This document shows, in pieces, positions 1 through 10,195 of a stretch of DNA of 64,000 nt. The translations under genes and the position numbers were made by a program. Source of the stretch: Trueperaceae bacterium (GTDB lineage Bacteria > Deinococcota > Deinococci > Deinococcales > Trueperaceae); contig OZ243913.1 of the NCBI GenBank assembly GCA_965213705.1, positions 3,456,001 to 3,520,000 on the forward strand, in the 5' to 3' direction. Each line of letters begins with the position of its first letter. Position 1 is the stretch's first letter. The notes under the pieces were generated by a model. It searched no databases. It saw only the letters and a program-made list of their open reading frames with translations, and had not been told where the DNA came from.

Positions 1-642
1 ACCTTAGCAACACCTTGATAGCCGCTGTCAGCTAGTAGCTTAGTTGCGGGCGCTAAACTCACAGCGCAACCACTGCGTTTTAGCAGCTTGAAGTCATGTT
101 CTCGACCTTTGCCACAGGCTGTACTCAAAATGCGTTTGCTAGCCTGATCTACGAAGAGCTGACTTTTCTGGCTATGACGCTTTTTCTTACCGGAGTAGTA
201 ACGTCGCTGCTTTTTTTGGGTCGTTCAACAGGGCTCTCTGCTACATCCACAATCACCACCTCTAGCTCGTGGTCATCGCGCAAAGCTTTACGACCTGGTA
301 AAGAAAACTGACCCGACTTGATAAGCGCATTCTCAACTCGTTGGTGCGTCTAACGGTGCTCTCGTCTACTTCCCAGTCTTCAGCTAAATGAAACTGCGTT
401 CGGTACTCTCGCCAAAACGACAGCGTGAGTACCAGTTGATCGTCCAAACACAGCGCGGGCGGTCTGCCGCTCCTCTTCTTAGCCCTTTCTCGCGTCTCCA
501 ACACCTCTTTCATCAACTCGTAAGTGGCTCGCTTTACGCCTAGTTTGCGCTTGAACTTCTCTGCTGACAACTCTAAGCTTCGCTCTGTTTGCTTTCGCAT
601 TCCTATACTTTGGCAGGTTTAGCCTACTTTTGCCGGGGGTCT
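1..642 (-). mobile_element. IS5-family (ISL2/IS702-like) insertion sequence, runs off the left edge; transposase frameshifted
   Basis: ORF 262..600 has the HTH_Tnp_4-type N-terminus (FKRKLGVKRATY...GRPPAL...LTLSFWREYRT). Other frames continue VIVDVAESPVERPKK / YSGKKKRH / HDFKL / LADSGYQG, with an A7 slippery run near 211-217. A terminal-like sequence AGACCCCCGGCAAAAGT ends near 642. Confidence 0.8.
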
Positions 643-1095
643 ATTAACTTTTTCTATTTCGACAGACCTGAAAACTAAGTCAACATCGGCTTTCGAGAGT
701 TTTACTTCCTCACCTTCATTTTTTGGTTTAAAAGGCCGAGAAAGCTTTGCTCTCACCTTGTCTCTATCTTTACCTTCTTTTTGCCAAGCGTTATTGAGTT
801 CGGGTCCGACTATTCCAAAGCTTACGACTTTGTTCTTAACATCGGAGTCGGAGCGTAAACGGAGAGCAGCACGGTGAAAGAAATCTTGCAAAATAGAAAA
901 GCCCAAATCGTCGCTATAGTCTTTAACTTGTACTACTTCAAGAGCCGTACCTGATGGTTCTATGACTGCAAAATCCTCGTGCAGCTCGAGCTGAAAAATA
1001 GCTTTGTCATCCTGCACTTCAACTATTTTCGAAAGAGCGTACAGTGTTTGTCGTCTGTAGCCCCGTAAAGCCGACGTTGCGCCAGAGTGGTTCAT
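643..1095 (-). pseudogene. N-terminal Cap4/DUF4297-like PD-(D/E)XK nuclease domain of a larger defence protein, truncated by the IS at 1-642
   Basis: MNHSGATSALRGYRRQ...ELHEDF...EVVQVKDY matches the GA..A..G(Y/F)..Q / ED / QxK pattern of Cap4-like effector nucleases. The ORF runs into the IS end and stops at 619. Confidence 0.55.
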
Positions 1096-1560
1096 TCGCC
1101 ATACATCATAACTTTCTGATTGTTTAATTTGACGCTCGTGTTGCCGCCACCGTGCAAAACGAGATCGGGCTCGCTACCGAGGAGCCTCGAGCTGTAGACC
1201 CGCAGGTCGAGGGGGTCGTCCGTAGAGTCTCAACTCCCCTGGACAGGCTAGTTTTGTCGCCAGCATCTGACGCTCCCTCCGGGATGAGTATCCCTGATTA
1301 GCGAGTATCAGCCAAAACAGGGTAAGTTCATCTGGAAGAATCGAGCACCTCCGTATAATATCTCAAGCTGGTCCTATTAGCGACGTAAGCATCAAACAAT
1401 GACAAGACGCTTACACTACAGACGGCCAAGGTATCAAGTGCAACAGTATAATTAGGAGGGTAGTAATGAACGAGAGGATAAGGCGTGGGAAAGATCTTTG
1501 TGTGTTGACTCTACATGTGGGTGAGATGATGCACATCGAGCCGGTTGCCGTCATAGATAA

Positions 1561-1647
1561 AAACCACGACTTACCATAGCTGTAGACATCCACACGCGCG
1601 TTATAGTCGACTTCAGCTTGGAATACAGTTGTTCAGACAGCGATTAG
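1561..1647 (+). pseudogene. Degenerate fragment of a TniA/TnsB-like DDE transposase core
   Basis: The + frame from 1561 reads KPRLTIAVDIHTRVIVDFSLE, resembling the RPWLTxAxDxxTRxIxGF core strand; flanked by stops. Confidence 0.3.
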
Positions 1648-1671
1648 CTTTAGGTTTTCGTGCGTCCAAAG

Positions 1672-2111
1672 CTAGGGGCCGACGCGCGCAAAACTCATGC
1701 TGGCTTGGTGGAGCGGCGTCAGCCCTACAACCCAGACAAAATCTAAATCTCTTTGAATAAGCTTGATGACCCACCTTGAAGAGGCTGGAAAGCTTTTTAG
1801 AATGTCCACCTCGAGCGTTTTCGCTCCAAGTAGCTTTTCTAACTGTTCGTTCTCAGCTTGGAGCGCTTTGTCTGGCGTTTTGGCGTTGCCATGCTTTAAA
1901 GACTGAGCATTCCACTTGTGAATCAAGCTTTCTGCTGCGCCATGCTGCCGCGATACTTCGCCTACGCTCGCCTGCTCTTTGAGTACGGTGAGTACAATGG
2001 TGAGCTTTTGCTCAGCGCTCCAACTTCGTTTCTGTTTCCCCATCGTTTAGCCTCCATTATTATCCTCTCAAACTCCTGAGTGGATTTGGGCTAATTTCTC
2101 AGGGCATTACC
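1672..2111 (-). mobile_element. IS3-family remnant (orfA with one end)
   Basis: ORF 1672..2043 MGKQKRSWSAEQKLTIVL...VSRQHG...LIHKW...LQAENEQLEKLLG is an HTH plus leucine zipper typical of IS3 OrfA. No orfB follows. Confidence 0.65.
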
Positions 2112-2122
2112 ACTACTCCGAT

Positions 2123-2287
2123 TGGATAAAGTTACACCTTGTCACAGGGGTTAAAACCAACATCGTGACTTCGGTAGAAATAAGCGGCAGACACGACCAT
2201 GACAGCACTTTTTTCAAGTCCTTGATAGACGCGACAGCGAGCAACTTCACCATGCAAGAAATCAGCGCAGACAAGGCGTACACGAGC
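2123..2287 (+). pseudogene. DDE transposase fragment (IS4/IS5-like)
   Basis: WIKLHLVTGVKTNIVTSVEISGRHDHDS...ISADKAY contains the KLH and ADKAY motifs. Confidence 0.6.
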
Positions 2288-2345
2288 CCATTTCTAGTAA
2301 GTAGGACAGCAAACTCCTTAGTCATCTCAGCAAACTTTGTCCAGC

Positions 2346-3113
2346 CTACTTGCCCTTCGCCACCCCAGCCTCACCTGTTCCACCCTCGTCCGCCGCGTCC
2401 GGTGCTGCTTGGTTCGCCTTGGCAGCCTCCGGCGTCGGCACCCATTCGAGTGGCTCGGTATCGAAGAAGGTCTCGTCCAAAAACAGCTTCAACCAAACGT
2501 AGCGCTGGTTAAGCGTCACGTTCTGCGTGAAGGCGTCCATGTCCAGGCCAGGCATCGCCAGGCTCGGGCCGAACGGCGGCAACCCTCGCGAGCGGTTCTC
2601 GATGATCTGTTCGCTCACCAGCAATAGATAGTTGAGGTACACCTGCAAGCTGCCGAAGCCGCCCTCGTCAGCGCGCTGGTGTAAGTAGGCGTAGTCGCGC
2701 TCGGTCAGCCGCAGAATGACGTCACGGGTCGCTTGCTCCCGGTAGAGTTCGACGACTTCAGCCGGGGTGTCGCGAACGCTTCTGGGCGTTGGGGTCGGCA
2801 GGGGGGGTGACTTGGGGGTAGTCGTTGGCTCAGAGGCTGTCTTTGGTTCAGAGGTGGTCTTTGATCCAGACCTACTTGCGCCTGGATTGCGTCGTTCAAC
2901 ATCGACAGCCATACGCTCGTAGAGCAGCTCCAGCGCCTCGGCCAGCTTGGCCGTCGCCTGCTCGCGACGCACGCTCGGAAAGTCTTTGAGAAACGCGTCG
3001 AGGCTTTTCCCCTGGTCAAGATAGTCGAAAAACGTGCTGACCTTGGTGTAGTCTGAGCCGGGGAAAACCATCGTAAAAGCCTTGCCTTTGTCAAACGACC
3101 TCAACCTAGCCAT
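2346..3113 (-). CDS. DUF433-domain protein with Pro/Thr linker and unknown C-terminal domain
   Basis: N-terminus VFPGSDYTKVSTFFDYLDQGKSLDAFLKDFPSVRREQA matches the DUF433 winged-helix pattern; AAGGCG before the ATG. Confidence 0.6.
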   Translation of the reverse strand: MARLRSFDKGKAFTMVFPGSDYTKVSTFFDYLDQGKSLDAFLKDFPSVRREQATAKLAEALELLYERMAVDVERRNPGASRSGSKTTSEPKTASEPTTTPKSPPLPTPTPRSVRDTPAEVVELYREQATRDVILRLTERDYAYLHQRADEGGFGSLQVYLNYLLLVSEQIIENRSRGLPPFGPSLAMPGLDMDAFTQNVTLNQRYVWLKLFLDETFFDTEPLEWVPTPEAAKANQAAPDAADEGGTGEAGVAKGK

Positions 3114-3244
3114 AACGCCTTCTTTCCGCTGTCTTGTTCACTGCTCGGTTTGGTTAGTGGCGGCAAAGGCCGCGTTGCGGCCAGCCTTGCTTAGCCGACC
3201 GGCAGGTGAGTCGTGGACGCCGGCTGCTAGTCACTCACTGCTAG

Positions 3245-4009
3245 TCACTCACTGCCAAAGGCTACCGGCCGCTGCGACAGGTCGAAGCTCGGGACCGTCT
3301 CTATCACAACGTAAACCGAGGTCAGGTTCCCGCCGCCCCTGGCCTGCAGCAACTTGGGACCTTCGTCCAGCACAAGATCGAACCTGACGTTCGTGCCGTC
3401 CGGGCAGGTCCCTCCGCCCGTGACTTTCACAGGTTGGCGAGCGTACAAAACACCTGCAATCATCCGCAGCTCTGCCTCGAACACACCTGTCTGAATTTGC
3501 TCGTCCATCTCGACCGTTCCCCACGGTTCACCGTCGGCGTAGACGAGAAAAACGAGCTCGGCGACCCTCACGCTGCTGGGTGACACGACCGGTGCCAGGC
3601 TTTGACAGAAAGCCAGGTCAGCAGGCCTGAACGGCGTGAAGACCTCGTCGGGTAAGGTGTCGGGTAACGTTGCAGGCAAGCTGTAGGTGATGCTGCCGTC
3701 GTCCTCGACGGGGAAGGTAAAAACGCTGATGAAGTTGCTCGGGTCGTCGCCGCCGACCAGGCGCACCTCCCCCTTAGCTCCAGCAGGCCAGCCCGGCGGC
3801 GGCCAGGGGGACAGCAGGGTGGCGGCTTCGATGGCCTGGGCGTGGGCGGGCGTGAAGAGGAGAGGAATGAAAAGAACAAACGCCAACAGTGTCAAGCGGA
3901 CGCAAACACAATTCCGTTGTGCAACTGACTTAGCTCCTACGCCCGGCCTTCTGAAAGGGTTGATTTCTACCCTGCTCGGTTCGAAGGTTTGGGCTCGAGT
4001 CGTGTCCAC
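3245..4009 (-). CDS. Putative secreted hypothetical protein (true start probably downstream of 4009)
   Basis: Hydrophobic signal-like segment LTLLAFVLFIPLLFTPAHAQA; lies 5 bp after the lipoprotein gene. Confidence 0.55.
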   Translation of the reverse strand: MDTTRAQTFEPSRVEINPFRRPGVGAKSVAQRNCVCVRLTLLAFVLFIPLLFTPAHAQAIEAATLLSPWPPPGWPAGAKGEVRLVGGDDPSNFISVFTFPVEDDGSITYSLPATLPDTLPDEVFTPFRPADLAFCQSLAPVVSPSSVRVAELVFLVYADGEPWGTVEMDEQIQTGVFEAELRMIAGVLYARQPVKVTGGGTCPDGTNVRFDLVLDEGPKLLQARGGGNLTSVYVVIETVPSFDLSQRPVAFGSE

Positions 4010-4014
4010 CTGGG

Positions 4015-5070
4015 TTACTCGACGCCCCGGAAGGTGAAGCTGTACTGAATGACCCCCGTCAGCCCCACCAGCCGCAACTCGTAGTCGCCGTCGGTTTCGG
4101 GTGTGAAACCGTAGGCGTCGACCCGGTAGTTGGCCTGGTATCTGGGGGAAATAGCTAGCGGCTCACTACCTCCTGCGGCGTAGACCTCAACCTGGAAACT
4201 GCCGCTGAAAGGCATCGGGTCCTCAAGTTCACCGAAAGCCGCCACCACCGATTGGCCGGCCGTGCCCTTGAACCTGTACGTGTCGACCGAGTCTTTCGTC
4301 ACCCCGCCTTCGACCTCGTCGCCGAGCTCGAGCACTCGTGGCGTCGCCCGCTCCGCGGGTGAGCCGCTGAGGTACGAAGCTGTTACCTTGTAAACGACTG
4401 TGCCGACACGTCCGCGGACGCGCAGCAGGTAGTCGCCGTCTGTTTGTGGGGCGAGGCCCAGGACCTGGTCGCGTCTAAAGTCGTTGGTGTCGTAGTTTCC
4501 AGAAAACAGCGGGGTGCTGAGGTCGTCGGCCTTGTAAAACTCGACCGTGTACTGCGCGATGCCCGAGACGGCTTCTGTGCCGCCGAAGTCGAACAGCAGC
4601 GGGACGTTGCGGATTCCCTTGATTTGGTAGTCCTTCAGCGCGCCTTGTGGTACTTGGCCGGTTCTAATGACGCCCGGGGCGATTTCGTTCGGCCCTACCT
4701 GGCCGACCGTGGTGTAAGTGGCGGTCACAGAGGCGGTTTGGGACAAGGCCACGTCGACGCTTTCTACGTCAAGCTTCCCGGCGTAGGTGATGCCTGCTGC
4801 GGTCACAGAGGCGATGCTCACCGTGTAGGTGCCGGTGGGGAGTTGCAGGGTTTGGCTGCGGGTAACGGTTTGCTGATAGTCTTCCGGGCCGGTCACTGCG
4901 ACCGCAGCGTCGACGTTTGTGGGCAGGCCGATGACGGTGACTTGCAACGAGCCGGTGTCGACGCCGGGTGGGATGACGGGGTCGGGGTCGGTAGGAGTAG
5001 AACAGGCCGAGATAAATAAGCTGAGAATAAGGAGGATGATCCCAGTTCTGGTAACTGTTAATTTACGCAT
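4015..5070 (-). CDS. Lipoprotein with beta-sandwich/PPC-like repeats
   Basis: Signal peptide with lipobox LFISAC; two repeated modules ending DGDY(L/E)LR; AAGGAC RBS upstream. Confidence 0.7.
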   Translation of the reverse strand: MRKLTVTRTGIILLILSLFISACSTPTDPDPVIPPGVDTGSLQVTVIGLPTNVDAAVAVTGPEDYQQTVTRSQTLQLPTGTYTVSIASVTAAGITYAGKLDVESVDVALSQTASVTATYTTVGQVGPNEIAPGVIRTGQVPQGALKDYQIKGIRNVPLLFDFGGTEAVSGIAQYTVEFYKADDLSTPLFSGNYDTNDFRRDQVLGLAPQTDGDYLLRVRGRVGTVVYKVTASYLSGSPAERATPRVLELGDEVEGGVTKDSVDTYRFKGTAGQSVVAAFGELEDPMPFSGSFQVEVYAAGGSEPLAISPRYQANYRVDAYGFTPETDGDYELRLVGLTGVIQYSFTFRGVE

Positions 5071-5259
5071 AATAGTCCTTTCGAACTTCTCTAAACTGAG
5101 TTTTCCAATACCTATATAAGAGCGTCAGCCACTTCTTAGGACTTCCGACAGCACTTTTCGACGCTCCTCTTAGCTTCTCAGCTCGAGCAAGTTTAGCTCT
5201 CGATTGGAAGTCTGTCAATCGGAAGTCGCGTTTTGACAAGCTTATAGCGAAGATAAACC

Positions 5260-5568
5260 GTGACAACCAAGCTAACGAAAGAGCAGCGCGCGCTGGAGCA
5301 AGCTACCAAGCGGGCTGTGGCAGAGCGCATCAAAGGGTTACGTCGTGGCACAGGCCTGAATCAAGAAGAGTTCGCTTCGCAGGCGCAGCTGTACCGCTCT
5401 CATTACGGATTTGTGGAAAGCGAGCGGCGTGAGCCCAAGTTGGGAACGCTCATCAGAATTGCCAACGGTTTGGGAATAAGTCTCTCAGACCTGGTCGCGG
5501 TAAGTCCGGAGCAAGTTGAGAAGTATAAACAGGAGCTGTTAGAGGAGTTGAAAAAGTCAGAACCTTAA
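5260..5568 (+). CDS. XRE-family HTH regulator (controller C-protein-like)
   Basis: ERIKGLRRGTGLNQEEFASQAQLYRSHYGFVESERREPKLGTLIRIANGLGISLSDL is a classic HTH_3 pattern. Confidence 0.85.
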   Translation: MTTKLTKEQRALEQATKRAVAERIKGLRRGTGLNQEEFASQAQLYRSHYGFVESERREPKLGTLIRIANGLGISLSDLVAVSPEQVEKYKQELLEELKKSEP

Positions 5569-5713
5569 AGCTCTGAGCGTTCTGCGCAAGTCCACCACAC
5601 TCGCCAAGACCAATCCGTTGCCTGGCGATGGAACAGGGCCTTGGACGGTGTGTGGGTTGGAGAGAGTGCTGTTCATGGATACTAGGGTTATCTACGGACC
5701 AATAAACTGGCCT

Positions 5714-8434
5714 CTAACCGCTTTCTGCTGTGTAAGCAAAACGAGCTGCAAGTCCTGCTACGGTTGCATTTGTAGAGATGGAATCATGAGGAATAAGTAG
5801 GTAAGCCCACGGCTTGGTGCCGTGCTCCTCAGCATGTGCGCTCGCATGTACACACCAAGCTGACGCCGCCGCCGCTTTTTGCAAAACTTCATCATTTGTC
5901 ATCTGGTCGGCACGTTTGGGTTCACATAGATAATGCGTAGTAGCTGTTTCGACCACAAAGTCCGGTTCATAGGAACTATCCTGACGGTAGTAAATCTGCA
6001 GTTGGGTACGTGCGGGCTTGAACCACTTTTGCACGCTCATATCATCCTCGAGCAACACCGCAAAACGCCGTTCCGAGTCCGAATCAAATTTCTGCACCGG
6101 GTATAGTGACTTGGCGAAGCCGCCAAACAGCATGTTTCTTATGTCCGCCCGGTTTTGAATGGTTGCTCGGAAGTCGCTTATAGCCACACCTTCAGGTGCG
6201 TTGAAGCTTGTCTCGTCGAGCGTTAGGAACCCACGGCTGACTTGCGCTTCGTAGCCCGTCGCCTGTTGCCAAAAATGTTCCTGCATCTGTGCGTGGATAA
6301 GCTCGGCCAGCCGCTGTTCGTGGTATTGCAACACGTTGCGCACATCGTCAGGATCATGAAGATACGACTGAAGGTACCCGACGACCTGACCTGCCAGCTT
6401 GTAAAGCAATTCGGCGTTGTTCTCGTAGGACACATCGTCGTAGTCAATGAGACGCCGCACGATATAGTTTTCCGGGCGTTCCTCCCCTGCAACGGGACTA
6501 CTCTCTAAGCGCTCCCGTTCGTGCGTGCGCAGGTGCTGAATCAGAATGTCTTGAGAAACAGGCTGAAGTCTAAACCCAAGCTCGAGGTCGAAGTCTCGAA
6601 ATCCCGAGGTCACTTCCCCTGTTGGCACCACGATGATCCTGGGGATGTCGATGGTTCGCTCGACGACAAGATTGGTTACCTGCGCAATGACCTCCTCGAA
6701 GTTCGGCGTTTCGACCACATCCAAAGTGCCCTGGACGGGCAGCATTTCTTCCTTGACCGCCGCGATAATCTGCAATCTGACTTCCGGCATTTGTAAATCC
6801 TCGGCGCGAGGCAGCCGCGTGAATCTGCGCTGAATCACATCTAGCGTGGTACGGGCAACCTGGCGCGCTTCAGGCGTGTGAAAGGGTGATGCTATCTCGG
6901 ACCTGGGAGGAGCTAAAACTGTTGCTGTGCCCGTGGAACGAACGTCCGACGCCAAGGGCGTCGCTTGAGCACCGGTGGGTTCCGCGAACGCCGCGCCCAA
7001 CATCGACGGTACGGTAACAACTTGTCGACGCTCTTCTGGAATATCTCGCCCAATGACGACGCCCGTGCGGATAATCGAATCGGGGTTGTTGGCCTCGTCC
7101 ACGATTTGCTGAAAGCGGTCGTGGGCGACGATGGTGAGGCGGTCCACGGCGGATACCCCCACCTTGCGTCCGTAGGGCAAGCGCAAGCCGCGGCCAATCG
7201 ACTGCTCGACGAGCGTTCGGGAGTTCGCGGCGCGCAAAGGAACTATAGTGTAAAGGTTGGTTACGTCCCAACCCTCTTTAAGCATGTTGACATGTACTAC
7301 GATTTCCGTCGGCTCGTCGGGGTGCTCGACCGCCATAAGCCGCTCGATGGTCTCATCTTTCTCTTTGCCACGCTGATTGGAGTGAACTGTGATCACGCGA
7401 TTTTTGTAACGGCCCCCGTAAAAATCGTCTTCCTGAATCGTGGCAACGAGGTCGCTCGCGTGGTCCGTGTCTTGCGCCACGACCAACATAAAAGGCTTCA
7501 CCCTACCTACACCGTTCTACCGCGCATAGGTCTCGAGTTCGACCTTGGTATTCTCATGGACGATTACCGCGTCCTCGAGCTTGAGCCGTTCCAACTGCGC
7601 GTCGGAGTAGGTGCGCGGGTCGAAGTTCTCTCGCGTTGCCACAGCGGGTTCTTTGACGAAGCCGTCCTCTAAAGCCTTAAACAGTGGGTAGCTATAAATC
7701 ACGTTTCTGAACGGTGTCGAGTTACTGCCCGTTTCGACCTGCGGGGTGGCGGTAAGCTCGAGCCCCAGAATCGGCTTGAGGTCGTTGATGGCCCGCACCC
7801 CGGCGCTGGCGCGGTAGCGGTGCGACTCATCCATAAGCATCACCAGGTCATCCAGGCCCGCCAAGTAGTCGAAGTAGCTCTGTCCGATGTACTCCGACAA
7901 GCGCCGGATGCGCGAAGTCGCCCCACCGCGCACGTCGCTGTTGAGTTTCGAGATGTTGAAGATGTTGATATGCACATCGCTGAAAAGCGCCTGCTCGCGC
8001 ACGCCCCGCCCCGACTCGTAGTTGTCGCCTGTAATAAGCGTCGGCGGGTTGGTCGAGAACTCGGCGATTCCTTGGAACACGTACTTGGCTGTGTTGGGCG
8101 TAAAGTCGGCGATGAGTTTGTTGTAGATGGTTAGGTTGGGGGCCAGTACAAAAAAGTGCTTAATGCTGTGCTGCAAATAAAGGTAGCTGATAAACGCGCC
8201 CATCAGTCGGGTTTTGCCCACACCCGTCGCCAGCGCAAAACATAGAGAGGGAAAGTTACGCTCGAAGTCTTCTACCGACGGGAACTCGGACCGGATAACG
8301 TTGAGCGCTTCCGTCAAGTCGATAGTTTTGTCCAAACGCACAATTTCCATTACGCGGTCAAGGATTTCCAACGACTCGCGCTGCGGCGGACGCAGGCTGA
8401 GCCGCCCGCTGAGGGTGTTGACAATCCGGTTCAC
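5714..8434 (-). pseudogene. res: Type III restriction endonuclease Res subunit (about 906 aa) interrupted by one in-frame TAG at 7517-7519
   Basis: Motifs ATGVGKT, MDESH, LTATP, LKEGWD, QSIGRGLR and C-terminal FDSDSE...YEPDF...EPK. ORFs 7517..8434 and 5714..7501 are in the same frame: ...ETYAR*NGVGRVKPFML... Confidence 0.85.
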
Positions 8435-10188
8435 GCCTTGCTCGCTGAAAAGAGCGTGGGTTGAGCAGATTCGGGTTCGTTTTCCAAGTCTGGCTCGGCG
8501 AGCACCTCCGGTTCCGGTGGGGGCGCGGGCTCCAAGTTTTCGACCTGCAAGCTGTAGTCGTCCTTGCCGAACTCGCAGCGGCCCAACACCGCGTTGGGAA
8601 TCTTCTTGAGCGTCAGGTTGTCAAAAGCGTTCGCGCTCGCCCGGAAGGCCGCGCAACAAATCAGCAGTGAGCGCCCCGGTCCAACCTCGTCGCTGAGCTG
8701 CGCCAATTGCTCGCGGGACAGCGTCTGCGTGGTCACGTAGATAAAATCCTGCTCGGTGGACTTGCCGTGCTGCCAGTACACCGTTTCGGACGGCGCGTAG
8801 CGAAAGCCCTCGTGCTTGCACATTGCCTCGGCCAGCATTTCGGCGTTGTATTCGCGGCTGATGATCCAGTTGCCCCACTTGTCCTTTTCGAGCAGCGACG
8901 GCGCGAGTTTGTAGTAACGAAAGCCGCCGCCGCCTTTCCACTTGACATCTTTGGTGACTCCACCCTCGTCAGTACCATCAACTACTTGCTTGAGACGCGG
9001 AACGATGTGAGTATGGGCATGTTCGCCAAGCTCAACCATAATCCAACGGCGACCCATCTTTTGAGCCACTGCGCCTGTTGTACCCGAACCAGCAAAAGAA
9101 TCAATAATTATGTCTCCTTCATTGGATGCCAAATAAAGGATGCGTTCAATAAGCTTTTCTGGCTTTGGGGTAGTAAATGGATCACCGGGATTAAATTTCT
9201 TAACCTCTTGCGCTGCAATTCGGTTTTCTCCAACTTCGCTGTAATGCCAAGTTGTCATCGCTACAACACCGTTGTCTTGAAGTTCTGATAAGAAACGCTT
9301 TATGGTTGGCTTGCTACTTCCATTTTTACCAAAGTGGATTCTGTTGTCCAGAATCAAGTCGTCATATGATGACTTGATGTAGGACCATGCTCTACCTTTT
9401 GCTGGCAGAACCTTTCTTCCCGAAGGTGTCACTATCTCGTAAATATTGACGCTTTCACCCGTACGTGAATATTGTTTACCTCGTTGTCCAGAGGCCAAGC
9501 TCAAAGTGAAGTTGTCTGGATACCAGGGACCTCGGCCGTACCAGTTTCCGTCTTTGTCGATCCCATCAAACTCATCTGAATGTTTGTATGTTGAGTTTTG
9601 CTTTGCTGTTCGGGGTAATCTTTTGGGTCGCCAAACTTCTTTGTTTTTTGCATACACCAAAATATGATCATGGCTGTCAGATAACCAAGTGGCGTTACTT
9701 TGAGGTGATGACTTTTTCTGCCAAACGACGTTTGACACAAAATTGCTACGACCAAATACTTCGTCACAAAGAACCTTAAGATAGTGTGCCTCGTTATCGT
9801 CGATACTTATCCAGATAGAACCGTCATTGGATAACCAGATAGAACCGTCATTGGATAAAAGGTGTCTCAGAAGCTCCAACCGCGGTCTTATCAAAGATAG
9901 CCATAAAGAATGCTCTACACCATCGTCATACTGAGCAAATGCCGACCCCGTGTTATAAGGCGGGTCAATAAATACGCACTTAACCTTACCCGTAAAATCC
10001 TGTTCCAACGCCTTGAGCGCCAGCAGATTGTCCCCGTGAATCAACATATTGTCGAAGATGTCGTCTTCACTCACGCGGTGTTTGGCGTGGTAGCTCTTGT
10101 CGGGGTCGTGCAGCAGGATGCGGGGCTCTAGCTGCGGGCGTTTTTCCTTGCCAATCCAGGTGAGTTCCAGTTTAGTTCTTTTGCTCAT
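8431..10188 (-). CDS. mod: Type III DNA methyltransferase Mod subunit (585 aa, beta class, N6A/N4C)
   Basis: IHGDNL, IDPPY, TPKPEKL and DSFAGSGTTG motifs. Start MSKRTKLELTW at 10188 has a GGAG RBS; 4-bp overlap with res. Confidence 0.9.
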   Translation of the reverse strand: MSKRTKLELTWIGKEKRPQLEPRILLHDPDKSYHAKHRVSEDDIFDNMLIHGDNLLALKALEQDFTGKVKCVFIDPPYNTGSAFAQYDDGVEHSLWLSLIRPRLELLRHLLSNDGSIWLSNDGSIWISIDDNEAHYLKVLCDEVFGRSNFVSNVVWQKKSSPQSNATWLSDSHDHILVYAKNKEVWRPKRLPRTAKQNSTYKHSDEFDGIDKDGNWYGRGPWYPDNFTLSLASGQRGKQYSRTGESVNIYEIVTPSGRKVLPAKGRAWSYIKSSYDDLILDNRIHFGKNGSSKPTIKRFLSELQDNGVVAMTTWHYSEVGENRIAAQEVKKFNPGDPFTTPKPEKLIERILYLASNEGDIIIDSFAGSGTTGAVAQKMGRRWIMVELGEHAHTHIVPRLKQVVDGTDEGGVTKDVKWKGGGGFRYYKLAPSLLEKDKWGNWIISREYNAEMLAEAMCKHEGFRYAPSETVYWQHGKSTEQDFIYVTTQTLSREQLAQLSDEVGPGRSLLICCAAFRASANAFDNLTLKKIPNAVLGRCEFGKDDYSLQVENLEPAPPPEPEVLAEPDLENEPESAQPTLFSASKA

Positions 10189-10195
10189 GTCTCCC

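Noticed and set aside
3224..3255. 14-bp tandem duplication at the end of the secreted-protein gene (and a 13-bp one near 36518-36545)
   Set aside because: Two-copy slippage duplications at gene ends with no evident function.
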